From: the human T2T-CHM13v2.0 reference genome, Homo sapiens | NCBI RefSeq assembly: GCF_009914755.1 | Contig: NC_060930.1 | Direction: 5' to 3' (one strand) | Length of the DNA: 64,000 bases | Shown here: positions 28,849-43,615 of the stretch, piece after piece | Layout of the letters: each line of letters opens with the position of its first letter | Position numbering within the stretch: position 1 is the first letter of the stretch | The notes under the pieces: model-generated | What the model was told of the DNA's origin: nothing | The model's database searches: none | The model's input: the letters and a program-made list of their open reading frames with translations, nothing else | Program-made: the position numbers and the translations under genes

Positions 28849-29070
28849 AAGTTTCTCAACCTTGGCACTATTGATGTTTCAGGCTACATAATTCTTTGTT
28901 GAGGGTGGGGGTGCTGTTACGTGCACTGTGGGATAATTAGCCTCATCCCTGGCCTCTGCCTTCTAAACATCAGTAGCACCTTCCCTTCCAGTTGTGACAG
29001 TAGAAAATGTTTCCAGACATTGCCAAATGTCCTCTGGTAGGCAAAATTATCTCTAGTTGAGAATCTGTTG
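28849..29070. mobile_element. MER20 (hAT-Charlie) DNA transposon
   Basis: tttctcaaccttggcactattga...aaaatgtttccagacattgccaaatgtcc...gttgagaa. Confidence 0.9.
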
Positions 29071-29186
29071 TTTAGATCAACAAAGGACTTGAAGGTCATG
29101 AGTGGCCCTCTTGAGTTTATGTTCCCGGGGTCTACTTTTTCCAGTGGTCAGTAACTCAATGATGACAGAGTTTTTACTGTCCTCAC

Positions 29187-29310
29187 TTAGTCTGGTTTGT
29201 ATTGTAACCAGCAGTCTTCTGTGAGTAGTACACAACGCCACTATGTTGTGCCCAGAGCTGGTTGATTGAGCTCCCATTCATTGTTTGTGGTCTGTTTGTC
29301 CACTACATTT
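29187..29310 (-). pseudogene. Candidate pseudo-exon X3
   Basis: ttctcattttctgtag| ... ACTAA|GTGAGG; M*WTNRPQTMNGSSINQLWAQHSGVVYYSQKTAGYNTNQT; phase 1-2. Confidence 0.6.
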
Positions 29311-29392
29311 CTACAGAAAATGAGAAGTATTTGTTGTCAAGATTTGGAATACATAGTTAATTGGATCTTCACTCAACCTGTACCCCATCTAC

Positions 29393-29546
29393 CTGTCCTT
29401 TGTGTCTTTTCCCAACTTCTTTAACCCATACGCAGACCTTCATTGGCCAAAATATGGACCAAAACTCAGGTGGAAAGTTGCTCTGTGTCATTCCTTGCAC
29501 ATTAGCACATTATCTTTGTCATATTTGGCTTACTTTCCTCTGAATC
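29393..29546 (-). pseudogene. Candidate pseudo-exon X2
   Basis: gtttatcatag| ... GACAG|GTAGAT; DSEESKPNMTKIMC*...VLVHILANEGLRMG*RSWEKTQRT; 82 bp intron to X3. Confidence 0.45.
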
Positions 29547-31508
29547 CTATGATAAACATGGGGCCTCTGAGCTCAAAAGAGTCAACAATCTGAAGGGAAT
29601 CCCAGTTTCTAATGGTGTATTCATTATAATGCTAACTTCTATGTTTATTGGTTTATAATCTAATATATTGCTGATAACATTTTGAAAAGGGGAAACTGAA
29701 GGATTTCTAGAGAAAATGTAATTCCATATTATTAAAATATGTCAATTCCTTAAGAAAAAACTGTTTTGCTAAAGTTTATCTTACAAATAGAAAGACTTTA
29801 ACTTTGAGTCAAGTTAATGGCCATGCTTACAATGTTACTATGTATGAGTTCATGTCACACTAGAAAAAAAGACCTAATAACAGAACTGGAGGACTTTAGA
29901 ACAAATTAAAAATTTTAGTAGGTGGCATATAAATATAACAAAAGTTCAATAAAATTTGGTAAATACTTAGACATTAGACAGGGTTAATATCTTCTTTATT
30001 TTATCATAGTTTCAAAATAATATTAACATAAAGGGTAGCACAAAAAACATAATGTTAAAATAATGGTATAGTTTATGCAAGGCATGAATTTACTTACTAT
30101 GGAATGCCTAGACAGATGGGCTAACATTAATTTGGCAGAATTTTACAATTATGAACATGCCAACAGCTGTTCAAGCAAATTAAATTATAGTACCCAATAT
30201 CCTTATGAAATGGGTTGACTCATTTAATTTGTCTAATATTTTAAAATAACAATTATTCTTTTATTTTTTGACCATCTTAATTCTCTAAGAAACTATTTAT
30301 ATAATAAATTTACATGTTAGATTTAATGAAGACGTAATTGCCTCAGAAAAAATTAATAATCTTTGTAAAGTCAACATAATCCAAATTGAAATGTTTGTCT
30401 CATATTACAGAGAAAATTTTAATATCCAGACCATGTTATGTAAATGGATTTTATAAGTCATTAAGAAAAAGAAATAACTTAGAAAAATAGCTAAACAGAG
30501 TGAACAGTCAATTAATCTGAGAGAGAGAAACTGGCTAAAAATAATTTGTAAAGACTTGATCTCACTAAAGGAAGAATAAAAAAGAAAACAATTAAAATTT
30601 TATTTGATCAGATAGGCAAGCATTACAATGATTTATAATAGAATTGTTGAGAGTTAGTAAGATGTGCAAATTTATTTCATAAGAGAGGTAGTATAAATTA
30701 ATATATCCTTCTTGGAATCCCATGTGATAAAGTCTCTCAAAATTCAATTTCAAGTGATATATATTTTAACCCAAAGAAAGTTTTCCTACTGTAGATGCAC
30801 ATGTTTTCTTAAGTAAACATTCATGGTCACCTTTTATGTGCCAGGCACTATGTGAGATACTGGGAATAAAATGGCAAATAATATTTACCACAGGATCATT
30901 TTAAATACAAAAATTTGCAACCAATTAAAATTTCCATGCTAAGAGGTTGGTTATACGAACTTACAATATAGTATTGTGTCAACCTTGAAAGAACAAAGTA
31001 AGTCTGTAAGAACTGGCATTTTAAAAAATTTATCAATATCTCTGGATGAAATATAAAGGATTAAATTATATGTAAATAAATGTTGACAAACTGTATGATA
31101 TATTTCCTTTCTGGTAAAATAAATTTAAATATGCATAGAAAGAATACGGAAGGTTATCTACCAAAATTTTACCACTAAATTGTTAAATTGTTAATTTTGT
31201 TTTGAATCATTAGGGTCACTTGCCTAAGTCAATAAATAAATGAATAAGGAAGTAAACTAATCAAGGTTAGATCATCAAACATTTAACTACCTAATTTTTA
31301 AATTGTATTATTCTTTACATGTTTTTCCCCAATAGCATGAGCAGAAAACTTCATTAATGAAAACTATTAATGGAAAGACCCTAGCATATAAAAATTCTTG
31401 TAATTTATTTCAATGGTCTTTACAATGAAGCAAATCTAAAATGAAAAAAACTCCCTCAAAACATAAAATTATGTCAGCCTCTTTATGTTTCCCCTCTCTG
31501 CCTTTTAC

Positions 31509-31701
31509 CTGGGACCTGGTGCCTATTTTCTTTAGCCGAATGGTGGCAGCATTTGAACACTGTTACTCATGGCCTGCTGGGCATGTGCCCCGATTAGGCA
31601 AAACCAGGGTTAGTATGATGTCCTCAGATAGGCATGGCTAAATGAGACCTCTATGCTGAGACCATATCAAGAGGCTCCATAGTGCCTTTGTATGAAAATA
31701 C
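31509..31701 (-). pseudogene. Candidate pseudo-exon X1
   Basis: ttttcttctttgag| ... CCCAG|GTAAAA; 2 stops in the frame that ends phase 0; a Kozak-like actATGg lies in another frame. Confidence 0.5.
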
Positions 31702-34700
31702 CTCAAAGAAGAAAATAATATCTACCTTTGATTGCCATGTATGAAAATTATACATATTTTAGAATGTTTTAATTTTTAGAAAGAACTTAATATAAATTAA
31801 ACAACTTGAGAATTGGTATTAGTGCTAGTAGTGCTTTTCACAATTAATTACATATATTTTTTTACTTACACTCTTGAAAAGGACACTTACTAATTCTGAG
31901 TCTTAAATTACTCCTGCTTCTCTTATTAAAAGAAAAGTAAAACATGTTTAATGTGTTTTCTGGAGAATGGTGAAGAGCTATTTTAAAGCAGTCTGTTTCA
32001 GTTTTAGGAAATCAGATTGTCACCATGTGAATGTGCTCATTGGCAGGATGGTACATAGTTTTCATATTCACCATTCTCTTGGAACCTAACACTTTGTCTG
32101 AAATGAATAAATAAATGATGTCTAATTCACCACCTGATGATTAGTTTCTTGGAGCTGCTGTTCTGGTTAATATCATCATAAAATAATACTAAAATTTGTT
32201 CATAAAATATAATTTTATGGATTTGCATTTTTAAAATATCTGGAGCACAAATATTTAACATGAATGTTAACAAAACATCTTTGAGACTTTTACATTGCTT
32301 TTCTTGCAGTGTGTGAGTGTGGTTTGGTAAGCAGTTTTTAAAAATCACCTTTAATAATTTGTGGTTCATAGCAAAAACATTGAGTGAGATACTGAAATGT
32401 TCATATAACATCAGTAAAAAATTATTGTGTCAACTGTTAGCAATTCTATTATAAATTAAGAAAATATATCTTCTGTTTAGCTATTCCAAATCCATGTTTA
32501 ACCACATACTCACCTAAATCTTGCACGAAGACTTAAACTCTCTAAAGTTCTGCTTCCTCATCCATAAAGTGAGGATGAAAATACATCTGTTATCTTAGGA
32601 ATAGTCACTATTTGGGAAGATTCAATATGATAATGTATGTAAAGCACTTAGTATGGGGCCTGGAACATACTGAGTTTTATAGAGAATGCTCTAGTTTATT
32701 GTGACTGTGGAGTATACTTCTGGAAGTGGGAAATTTCTGGATTAGAGCAACACAGTGTAGCAATGATAAATGGGGTAGACTTTGCATAGGGATTCATCTC
32801 CAATTATAGGCATGGCTTACTGCATGAATGCATTTGTGTGTGTGTGTGTTTCTGTGTGTGCATGTGTGTTAACTTTTCTCCAGTAGATGGAATGGATCAT
32901 TGTCAATACTCAGCCTCATTCTGGCCTATGATTTTTGTTACTGCAGAGATATTTCTATCTTGTGTTCTAAAAATATATTTGAAAAGCTTCACCAGTGGAA
33001 ACTGAAAAACAATTTTTTGGTGTGTAACTTTTATATTTTAGAAATTTTTGGCCATGATTGTTCTCTATCATGAATTTTAGAATCTCTGGCCAAGTTCCCA
33101 AATCATAACTTTTGGATTTGTTGGGATTGAATTACATTCATCAGTCATTAAATATACTTCTAAAGTAAAACGTGAACAAGTCAGTCAAAAATTCCAAAAT
33201 TGGAGTGACATCAGCAAGATGGCAGAATAGAAGTTCTCCACCTCCACTCTCTCCCCACAGAAATCCAGCTAGCAACTGCCCACAGACAAGAATAACTGTG
33301 GGAAATCCCCGAACTCAGGAGTGAGGCTGAGAGATCCACTTGGACCACCAAAGCGAGAAAAACCATGTTCAGGAGATCAGAGGAATGGTTCTCTTTGACT
33401 GCACCACCCATACCCCAAGGCAGTACAGTGCCACACACAGAGGATTCCCATGGACCCATGGTTTCTACAGTGAGAAAAATGAGTTGGAGGTAGACATTCA
33501 GTTTCCATACAATTCTGGGACCCTTCATAGAAATCTCACTCCTGTCAGCCTATGGGAAACATTGGGAGTACCAGCAGGATTACATCATGACTAGCCAACA
33601 GCATAGTGCTACAGGAACACAGTCCACAAGTTTGCCAGGATTGAGTCCCTAGCCAGCTACTCCATACAGCCTTGGTACTCACAGAGAGAGCATGTGGCCC
33701 CACTCAACCTAAACTGAAGAGCAGTGACTCCAAAAAGCCTTGGTGCTCTGCTTAAGCCCACCATAGTCCAAGAGGCAAGACTACATGCATATCTATGAAA
33801 CATGGCCTCTGGCCCTGCTCATCTTGTGTGGTTGAGCAGCTACCCCAGCCACTTCATCCAGTCTCAGAGCCCAGCGTATAATCCTGCACAACTACAGATT
33901 CTGAGCAACAGAATCATCCAGCCAAGGAAGAAAATCTACAACCCTGCCCATTCAGAGACAAGCATAGAGTCCAGCCAGAAGCCCCATTTGACAGTAGAGT
34001 CCAGTTAGTGGTCTCACCAAACCACAGAGTACAACCAGCAGTACCATTAGACCTCAGAGCACAGGAAGTGACCAGTCCAACTAGGACACCTGAACCACGG
34101 TTAGCCTGTCTGAGGTTGCTATTAGCTGATTCCTCCAGAATCCCAGGCTAGACTATATAGTAAAGTTCTATCACCACCAAAGAACACCTGCAAGGGCTGG
34201 AAGAGGTGGCTGTCTGCTAAAACACACAGGTATCATTATAAGGACAGAAAGATTATGAAAAATCAGGAAAATATATGATACCACCAAAAAAAAAAAAAAA
34301 AAAAAACTAATACAGCTCCAGTAATAGACCTGGAAGAAATGGAGATCTATAAAATGACCAAAAAATAATTCCAAATAATCAACCTATAAAGAAATTCAGA
34401 AAGCTCTAAGAAAATTTAAATAGAAACATAAATAAAATTTGGAAAGCAATGCATCAACAAAATTAGAAGTTTAACAAAGAAATGTAAAAATTAAAAAATA
34501 AAAATCCTAGAGATAAAGAATATAACAACTGAGAAAAATCCAATAGGTAGTTTAAATAGCAGACTTGATCCAGCAGAAGAAAGAGTAATGATCTCAAAGA
34601 CAGGACATTTGAAATTATCCAATCAGAGAAATAAAAAGAAAAAAGAATGAAAAAGAATAAATAAGACCTACATAAATTATGGGACACCATCAAGCAAAAA

Positions 34701-34979
34701 CTATCCACCATATAATAGGAGTTTCAGAAGGAGAAGAGAGATATAAAGGCCTAGAAGGCATATTTAAGAAAATAATGGCTGAAAAATCTCCAGATCTAGG
34801 TAAAGATGATAACATTCAGATATAGAAGCTCAGAAACTGGCAGTAAAATTCAACCAAAAGAGAAGTTCACTAAGACACATTATAATCAAATTGTGAAAAT
34901 TTAGACAAAGAAAATACTAACAATAGCAAAAGATAAAAAACAGATCACATTCAAAGCTTTCAGCAGATTTCAGATTTTT

Positions 34980-36283
34980 TCCTGCTGTGTGCAGCCTAGG
35001 GACTTAGTGCCCTGCGTTCCAGCTGCTCCAGTCTGGCTAAAAGGGGCCAAAGTACACCTCAGTCCATGGCTTCAGATGGCACAGACGCCAAGACTTGGTG
35101 GCATCCATGTGGTGTTGAGCCTGTGGGTGCACAGAAGTCAACAATTGTGGTTTGGGAACCTCTGTCTAGGTTTCCAGGGATGTATGGAAATGCCTGGATG
35201 TCCAGGAAGAAGTTTTCCACAGGGGTGAAGCCGTCATGGAGAACCTCTGCTAGGGTAGTGTGGAAGGAAAATGTGGGGTCAGAGCACCCATACAGAGTCC
35301 CCACTGGGGCACTACCTAGTGAAGCTGTGAAAAGAGGGTCACTGTCCTCCAGACTCCAGAATGATAGATTCACTGACAGCTTGCTCCGTGCACCTGGAAA
35401 AGCTGCAGACACTCATCACCAGTCCGTGGGGGTAGTACACTGGAAAAGCTGCAGACACTCATCACCAGTCCATGGGGGCAGTACACTGCAAAGCCACAGG
35501 GGTGGAGCTTCCCAAGGTCATGAGAGCCCACCTCTTGCTTCAGTGTGACCTGGATATGAGACAGCGAGTCAAAGGAGATCATTTTGGAACTTTAAGGTTT
35601 AATGACTACCCCATTGGGTTTTGGACTTTTATGGGGTCTGTTGCCCCTATGTTTTGGCCAATTTCTCCCATTTGGAGAGGGTGTATTCACCCACTTCCTG
35701 TACCCCTGTTGTATCTAGGAGGTACCTAACTTGCTTGTGATTTTACAGGCTCATAGGTGGAAGGAACTTCCTTGTCTCAGATGAGACTTTGTACTTGGAC
35801 TTTTGAGTTAATGCTGGAATGAATTAAGACTTTGGTATACTTTTAGAAGGGCATCATTGTATTCTGAAATATTAGGACATGAGATTTGGGAGGGGCCAGG
35901 AGCATAATGATATGGTTTGGTTGTGTCCCCCTCCAAATCTCATCTTGAATTGTAGCTCCTTTAATCCCCATGTATCATGGGAGGGAGCCAGTGAAAAGAA
36001 ATTGAACTATGGGGGCGGTTACCCCCATGTTGCTGTTCTCATGATAGTGAGTGAGTTCTCATGAGATCTGATGGTTTTATAAGGGGTTTTTCCTCCTTTT
36101 GCTTGGCACTTCTCCTTGCTGCCATAATGTGAAGAAGGACAGTTTTGCTTCCCCTTCCTCCATGATTGTGTTTCCTGAGGCCTACCAGCAGTGTGGAATT
36201 GTGAGTCAATTTAACCTCTTTCCTTTATAAATTACCAAGTCTCGGGTATGTCTTTATAAGCAGCATGAGAACAGATTAATACA
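34980..36283 (+). mobile_element. MST-type MaLR internal fragment plus LTR (LTR ~35908-36283)
   Basis: gcagcctagggacttagtgccctgcg internal text; PPT ttgggaggggccagg; tgatatggtttgg...ttaataca. Confidence 0.9.
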
Positions 36284-37477
36284 CAAGCTCTAACCTATCA
36301 ATAATTACCTTGAATGTAAATAGATTAAATGATCCAATAAAAATACAGAATGGCCAAATACAGTAAAAAAAAATACAACTATATGCTGCCTACAAGAGAC
36401 CCCCTTTTCTAGTAAGGGCACACATAGACTATGAGTAAAGGGATGGAAAAAGATATGCCATGAAAATGGAAATGAAAATAAAGCAAGGGACCTATATTTA
36501 TATAGAGAAAATAAACTTTAAATCAAAAACTATAAAAATAGACAAAGAAGGTCATTACATGATGATAAAAGAGGTTAATTCACCAACAGGAAATAACAAT
36601 TGTATATATATGCCCTCAACATTTGAGCACCTAAATACATAAAGCAATTATTAAATGATTAGGAGGTAGAAACAGAGTATACTACTACAAGACAGGATCC
36701 AGGATGCAAGGGTAGTTCAATACATGCAAATCAATAACACGAGGTTAAAAAATGAAAAATAAAAATTATACGATCATTTCAATAGATGCAGAATAAATAT
36801 TTGACAAAACTCAACATGCTTTTATGATCAAAATTCTCAACAAATTAGGTATAGAGGAAATGTACTTCCACATACATAAAGCCATATATGACAAACCTGT
36901 AGCTAGTATCATTCTCAATGGTGAAAAATTGAAAGCTTTCCCACTAAGATTAGGGACCAGATAAGAATGCCCACTCTCACTACTTCCTTTTTAATATAGT
37001 ACTGGAAATTCTAGCCAGAGTAATTGGGGAAGCAAAAGTAATAAAATGCATCCTAATTGAGAGAAAGAAGTTCTTTCTTTCCAACTGCCTGTATTTGCTG
37101 ATGACAAGGTCTCGTATATAGAAAACTCTGAAGATTCCACCAAGAAACTGTTAGAACTGACAAATTCACTAAAGTTGAAGCATACAAAATCAACATACAA
37201 AAATTACTTGCATTTTTATATACTAATAATGAGCCATCTAAAACAAATTTTAAAATCACATTTACAATAATGGCAAAAGAATTAAATAATTAGGTGTAAA
37301 TTTAACCAAACAAGTAAAAGACTCATATAAAACTACAAAACACTGATGGAAAAAAATTGAAGCAAACACAAATTAATGGAAATATATCCATGTTCATGGA
37401 CTGGAAGAATTAATATTGTGAAAATGTTTATACTACCCAAAGACATCTATGGATTCAATCCTATGAAAATTCCACAA

Positions 37478-37762
<285 letters not shown>

Positions 37763-39449
37763 ATTCCACAACAATTTTTCACAGAAATATAAAAAACAAC
37801 CCTTAAATGTGTATGCAGCCACAAATTACCCCAAACAAAACAACCTTGAACAAAAAGAACAACGCTGGAGGCATCAAACTCCCTAATTTTAAAGCATATT
37901 TGTAAAGCTATGGTAATTAAAACAGCATGGTACTATTAGGAAATCCAGAAATGAACTCATGAATTTCTGGTCAATTGATTTTTGACAATAGTGCTATGAA
38001 TACACAATGAGAAAAGGATAGCCTCAAATAAATGATGCTGAGAAGATTAGATATCCATTTGCAGAAGAATGAAACTAGATCCTTGTCTTATTGCATATAC
38101 AACAACCAACTCAAAATGGATTAAAGACAAATATAAGACCTGAAGAGGTAAAACTACTGGTAGAAAATACAGAGGAAATCTCAATGCCACTGGTCTGGGC
38201 AACAATTTTTGGGATATGACACATAAAGCATAAACAACAAAGCAAAAACAGACAAATCAAACAGCAGCAAACTAAAAAACTTGTGCACAGCAAAGAAAAC
38301 CATTAACAAAGTGAAGAGACAACCACAGAATGGGAGAAAATATTTGCAAACTATACAACTGATTAAAGGTTAATATCCAATATATATAAGAACCTCAAAT
38401 AACTCAACAGCAAGAAAGAAACAACCCAGTTAAAAATAACAAATGACATTAACAATCATTATTCAGATATACAAATGGCCAACAGGTACATGAAAAAATG
38501 CTCAGCATTACAAATCTGAGGAAAATGCAGATTAAAACCACAATGAAATATCACATCTGTTAGAATGGTCTTTATAAAAATGATAAAACAAGTGTTGGAG
38601 AGGATGTGGAGAAAAGGGAACATTTGTATACTGTTAGTGGAAATGTAAATAACTATAGCCATTATGGAAAACAATATAGGATTTCCTCAAAAAACTAAAA
38701 ATAGAAACTACCATGTGATTTAGTAAGCCCAATTCTGGGCATATATCCAAAGTAACTGAAATCAATATTTTGAAGGCATATCTGCATTCCCATGTTCATT
38801 GTAGCATTAGTCATACCAGCCGGGATATAGAATCCACCTGTCTACCAGCAAATGAATGGAAAAGGAAAATGTGGCATATATACACAATGAAATGCTATTC
38901 TGCCTTAAAAAAAAACAGGGAAATTCTGTCATTTGTGACAACATGGATAAAACTGTAGGACATCATGGTAAGTTAGTTAAACAAGGCATGGAAAGACAGA
39001 TAACATGATTTCACTTATAGGTGGAATCTAAAAATGTTGAACTCATACAAGTAGAGAGTAGAAGGATGGTTAGCAGAGGTTGGGGGTGGTGGGAAGGGAG
39101 GGAATAGGGAGTTATTGATCAAAGGATACAAAGTTTCAGAGAAACAAGAGGTATAGGTTTTGAGATATATTACAAGGCAGGGTGACTATACTTGATAATA
39201 ATGTGTTATATATTTTAAAAATAACTAAGAGAGTAAATCTCAAGTGTCTCACCACAAAAAATGACAGGGAAGCAAGGTAATGGGTATGTTAATTAGCTTG
39301 ACTTACTCATTCCACATTGCTTACATATATCAAAACATCACACTGTATTGACAAATGTATGCAATTATAATTTATCAATAAAAAAATATTTTTTTAATGC
39401 CAAAATTATTTCCCATTACTTGTAGAATTAAGGTCAAATTCCTTGAATG

Positions 39450-40232
39450 ATGATGTGGCATGGCTGTGTCCCCACCCAAATCTCATCTTGAATTCCCACA
39501 TGTTGTGGGAAGGACCCAGTGGGAGGTAATTGACTCATGGGGGCAGGTCTTTCCTGTGCTGTTCTTGTGATAGCGAACAAGTCTCGTAAGATCTCAGAAT
39601 TTCATAAAGAGGAGTTCCCCTGCACAAGCTATCTTTCTTTGCCTGCTGCCACCCGTGTAAGATATGACTTGCTCCTCCTTCCCTTCTGCAATGATTGTGA
39701 GGCTTCCCCAGCCACGTGGAACTGTAAGTCCATTAAACTTCGTTCTTTTGTAAATTGCCCGGTCTCAGGTACGTCTTTATCAACAGTGTGAAAATGGACT
39801 AATACAGTAAATTGGTACCAGTACAGCGGGGTATTGCTGAAAAGATACTTGAGAATGTGGAAGCAACTTTGGAACTGGGTAGCAGGCAGAGATTGGAACA
39901 ATTTCTAGGGCTGAGAAGAAGACAGGAAAATGTGGGAAAGCTTGGAACTCCCTAGAGACTGGTTTAATGGCTTTGACCAAAATTGTGGCAATGATATGGA
40001 CAATGAAATCCAGGATGAGGTGGTCTCAGATGGAGATGAGAAACTTGTTGGGAACTGGAGCAAAGGTGACTCTTGTTACGTTTTAGCAAAGAGACTGGTG
40101 ACATTTTGCCCCTGCCCTAGAGATTTGTGGAATTTTGAACTTGAGAGAGATGATTTAAGGTATCTGGCAGAAGAAATGTATAAGCAGCAAACCATTCAAG
40201 AGGTGACTTGGGTTCTGTTAAGACATTCAGTT
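39450..40232 (+). mobile_element. THE1 LTR plus start of THE1 internal sequence
   Basis: tgatgtggcatggctgtgtccccacccaaatctc...actaataca|gtaaattggtacc. Confidence 0.9.
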
Positions 40233-40254
40233 TTTTTTTTCTTTGTCTAGAATT

Positions 40255-40710
40255 AATTTCTTTTTCTTTTCTTTTTTTTATACTTTAAGTTCTAGGGTAC
40301 ATGTGCACAACATGCAGGTTTGATACATAGGTATACATGTGCCCTGTTGGTTTGCTGCACCTATCAACTAGTCATTTATATTAGGTATTTCTCCTAATGC
40401 TATCTCTCCCCCAGCCCCCCACCGCCTGACAGGCCCCAGTGTGTGATGATTCCCCTCCCTATGTCCAAGTGATTTCATTGTTCAATTCCCACCTATGACT
40501 GAGAACATGCGGTGTTTGGTTTTCTGTCCTTGTGATAGTTTGCTGAGAATGGTGTTTTCCAGCTTCATCCATGTCCCTGCAAAGGACATGAACTCATCCT
40601 TTTTTATGGCTTCATAGTATTCCATGGTGTATATGTGCCACATTTTCTTAATCCAGTCTATCATTGTTGGACATTTGGGTTGGTTCCAAGTCTTTGCTAT
40701 TGTGAATAGT
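40255..40710 (-). mobile_element. L1PA 3' end
   Basis: ttatactttaagttctagggtacatgtgcac; ORF2 C-terminal IAKTWNQPKCPTMIDWIKKMWHIYTMEYY. Confidence 0.95.
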
Positions 40711-41277
40711 GAAAGTTTTCTCCTGCCCCATTTATAAATATTATCGTTATATTTGTTCATGTGTGGTAGGAACACTTAACCAAAATCAATTTTCTTAGCA
40801 AATTTCAATTGTATGATCAGTATTTTTAGCTGTAGGCAGTATACTGTACAGTAGATCTGCAATCCTATGTTCACTGCAGCATTATTATAATAGTCAAGAT
40901 ATGGAAATAATCTAAATGTCCACTAGCAGATAAATGAACAAAGAAAACGTGGTATGTATATGTGTGTGCACATACCACATTTATAAATACATTCACATAC
41001 AACTGAATATTATTCAGCCTTAAAAACTGAGGAAAATCCTGCCATTTGCGACAACACGAATGAACCTGGAGGACTTTATGCTAAGTAAAATAAGCCAGAC
41101 ACAGAAAGACAAATACTGTATGATCTCACTTAATATGGAATCTTATAATGTTGAACTCACAGAAGCAGAGGGTAGAATGGTGTTTGCCAGGGGCTGAGGG
41201 AAAAGGGAAATGGGAATATAATAGTAAAAGTGTACAAAGTTTCAGGTATGCAAAATAAATAAGCTCTAAAGATCTGT
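40711..41277. mobile_element. L1MA 3' end with 5' inversion
   Basis: Antisense terminal piece 40711-40860 abuts the preceding segment in sense orientation (40861-41277). Confidence 0.7.
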
Positions 41278-41744
41278 GACATAGCAAATAAAATTTCTTA
41301 AATTTCTATTCACTATTCTATAAAAATCATAGTGTCTACTCAGCTGTCACCATTATAATAGAGTAATACACAGTACCACCATGTGAATTAGTGAATGTTG
41401 TAAAGGGAGATTTGCATGTAATTTTTATGATGGATAACAAAATGTATTTCAGATAAGCTATAGACCTAATTGATTATTTCAAATTTCAAATTTTATTCTT
41501 CATGAAATGAAGTTAAAAAGACTACAACTTTTTTTTTATCAGCTCAGTATTACATAAACAAATCATAATGATTTATAGTCTTTAGCTCCTTAAGTGTTAC
41601 TGTTCATACATTTCATTGCAGAAACTTTCATGTGTTTGATTACAGGATCCTATTTCAGCCTCTGCTCAGGGTGTTACATAATTCTTGTATTACATTTTTA
41701 AAATCTAAAAAGCTTCTGATTTTCAAACTCCCTTGCTGTTTGTG

Positions 41745-42210
41745 TGAGTTATTTACCACTGTTGCAAACTACCCCCAAATTTTGTGTCCTGTAAACACAT
41801 TTATGAGCTTGCAGTCTGTGGGTCAGCAATTTGGATTGGACTCAGATGGACAGGTTTATTGGTTACATCTGGGCTCACTCATGTAGCTTTAGTCACGTGA
41901 TGACTAGACTGAAGCTGGATGGCCTAGGATGGTCTCATGTTTTCTGGTTGTCTGGCTGTCACTTGGTTTTCTAGTAATGCTTCCTCAACAAACTGGAGTT
42001 TGTTCACTTGGCGTCTGTATTCTAAGAGGGCGAGAGCAGAAACTGTAAGGCCTCTCAATCTTAGGCTTGAAAGTTACTCAACATCACTTTTACCACATTT
42101 TATTGATGAAAACAAATCACAAATTATTATAACTGAAGAAGCAGAGAAATGAGTGTTATTTATCATGAGTGGAGCTGCAAATAATTTGTGGCTACTTTGC
42201 ATCTACCACA
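41745..42210. mobile_element. MLT-class LTR
   Basis: tctgtgggtcagcaatttgga...tctaccaca. Confidence 0.65.
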
Positions 42211-43321
42211 GTGATCTTACTCATACAAGATTATGGATCCACATTATCAGTAGAGAGCAAATTTCAAAACCATCACCGACAATGTTCCTATTGCTACCTG
42301 AGTAATTTTGAGAACTAGTTTTGATTCTCTTAATATAATTAGTTGTAGAAGATATGAATAAAAACTAGAGAGTGAGGTATCAAATTGTTTACTTAATCTA
42401 GGGAAAGTATTATTACAAATCCCTGGCAGTCACCAGAAGAGTAGAGTGAAAGTCAATAGCGTGATGGCGATATAACATGGTGTGAATAGGGCATTTAATG
42501 GGAGTAGTTTGCTTCTTGTTAAATCTGCCCCATGATTTATGAGCTGTAAGTGAATGAGCATGCCCAGGAGCTACCTACTGGGGAAGACAGTGCGTCAAGG
42601 AAAAGGCATAATAACTGTGAGTTAAGTCAAAGAGATGTAAATAGATAAAATATCTGCGAAGACAATGAGGACTCTATTTGTCCATTAATTAAAATGGAGC
42701 AGAGGACACAACTAAAGAAGCTCAACAAATTTTCAGTGTAGCAAAGAAAAGGTGAGTCTAAGGGACTCCAAGTTCAGGTATTTGAAAGAAGTCATATGTG
42801 ATTGAGAATGTTTGATACTACCATTTTATTGAAAATTTGGAAAAAAAATCATTTTTGCTGACAGAATGGTATGCCTCTAGCTGTTGATTATGATTCAGGA
42901 AAAGAACATGAGGACTTTGGAAACAATTTTTGTTTGAACAATAAAGGGCAGGTAAGATATCATTGTATGTGTTTCTCAAGATATCAACTAAATGAACTGG
43001 AAACTTAGAACTAACAACACATGAAAAGGAACAATAAATATTAATCTACCTTTGTACAAAGACAGGTTGTATTGAATTCTGAGGAAAGAAAACACTTAAG
43101 TTATCAAAAGACATAAGTTCAAAAGGAAAGGGGGAGATAGCTGCCACTGAAAAGCAAATCAAGGAAGAGTTATACCTCACCCCTACCATTAGGCATATAT
43201 AGTGAATGTGGAAATTAAATTGACATCAGGTAAGTCTTATGCCAATCCAAACACCAGGGAGCAATCTTCCTGTTTCCTCTTTCCTTTCACCTCACATGAA
43301 CTTCACTAGTGAAAAATACTG

Positions 43322-43615
43322 GGGCCTTGTGTGTTGCTCATGCTACCTGTAATCCCAGCACTGTGGGAGGCCAAGGCATTGGGTGGATCTCTTGAGCCTA
43401 GGAGTTTGAGACCAGCCTGGGCAACATGGTGAAAGCCTGCCCTACAAACAAACAAACAAACAAACCCAAATATTAGCCAGGCATGGTGGCATGCCTGTAG
43501 TGCCTCCCTACTTGGGAGGCTGAGGCAAGAGGATTGCTTGAGCCTGGGAAGTAGAGGTTCCAGTGAGCTGAGATCACACCACTGCACTCCACCCTGGTTG
43601 ACAGAGTGAATTCCT
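43322..43615 (+). mobile_element. AluJ SINE
   Basis: gaggattgcttgagcctggg diagnostic. Confidence 0.9.

Noticed and set aside
29400-29445. Plus-strand LFPTSLTHTQTF resembling LEG1 LFPTTLIRSYKF (recalled)
   Set aside because: No flanking similarity or splice sites on +; the segment is better explained as a minus-strand pseudo-exon.
34989-35729. ORFs up to 160 aa
   Set aside because: MaLR internal sequence, including a local ~47 bp tandem duplication; not a host gene.
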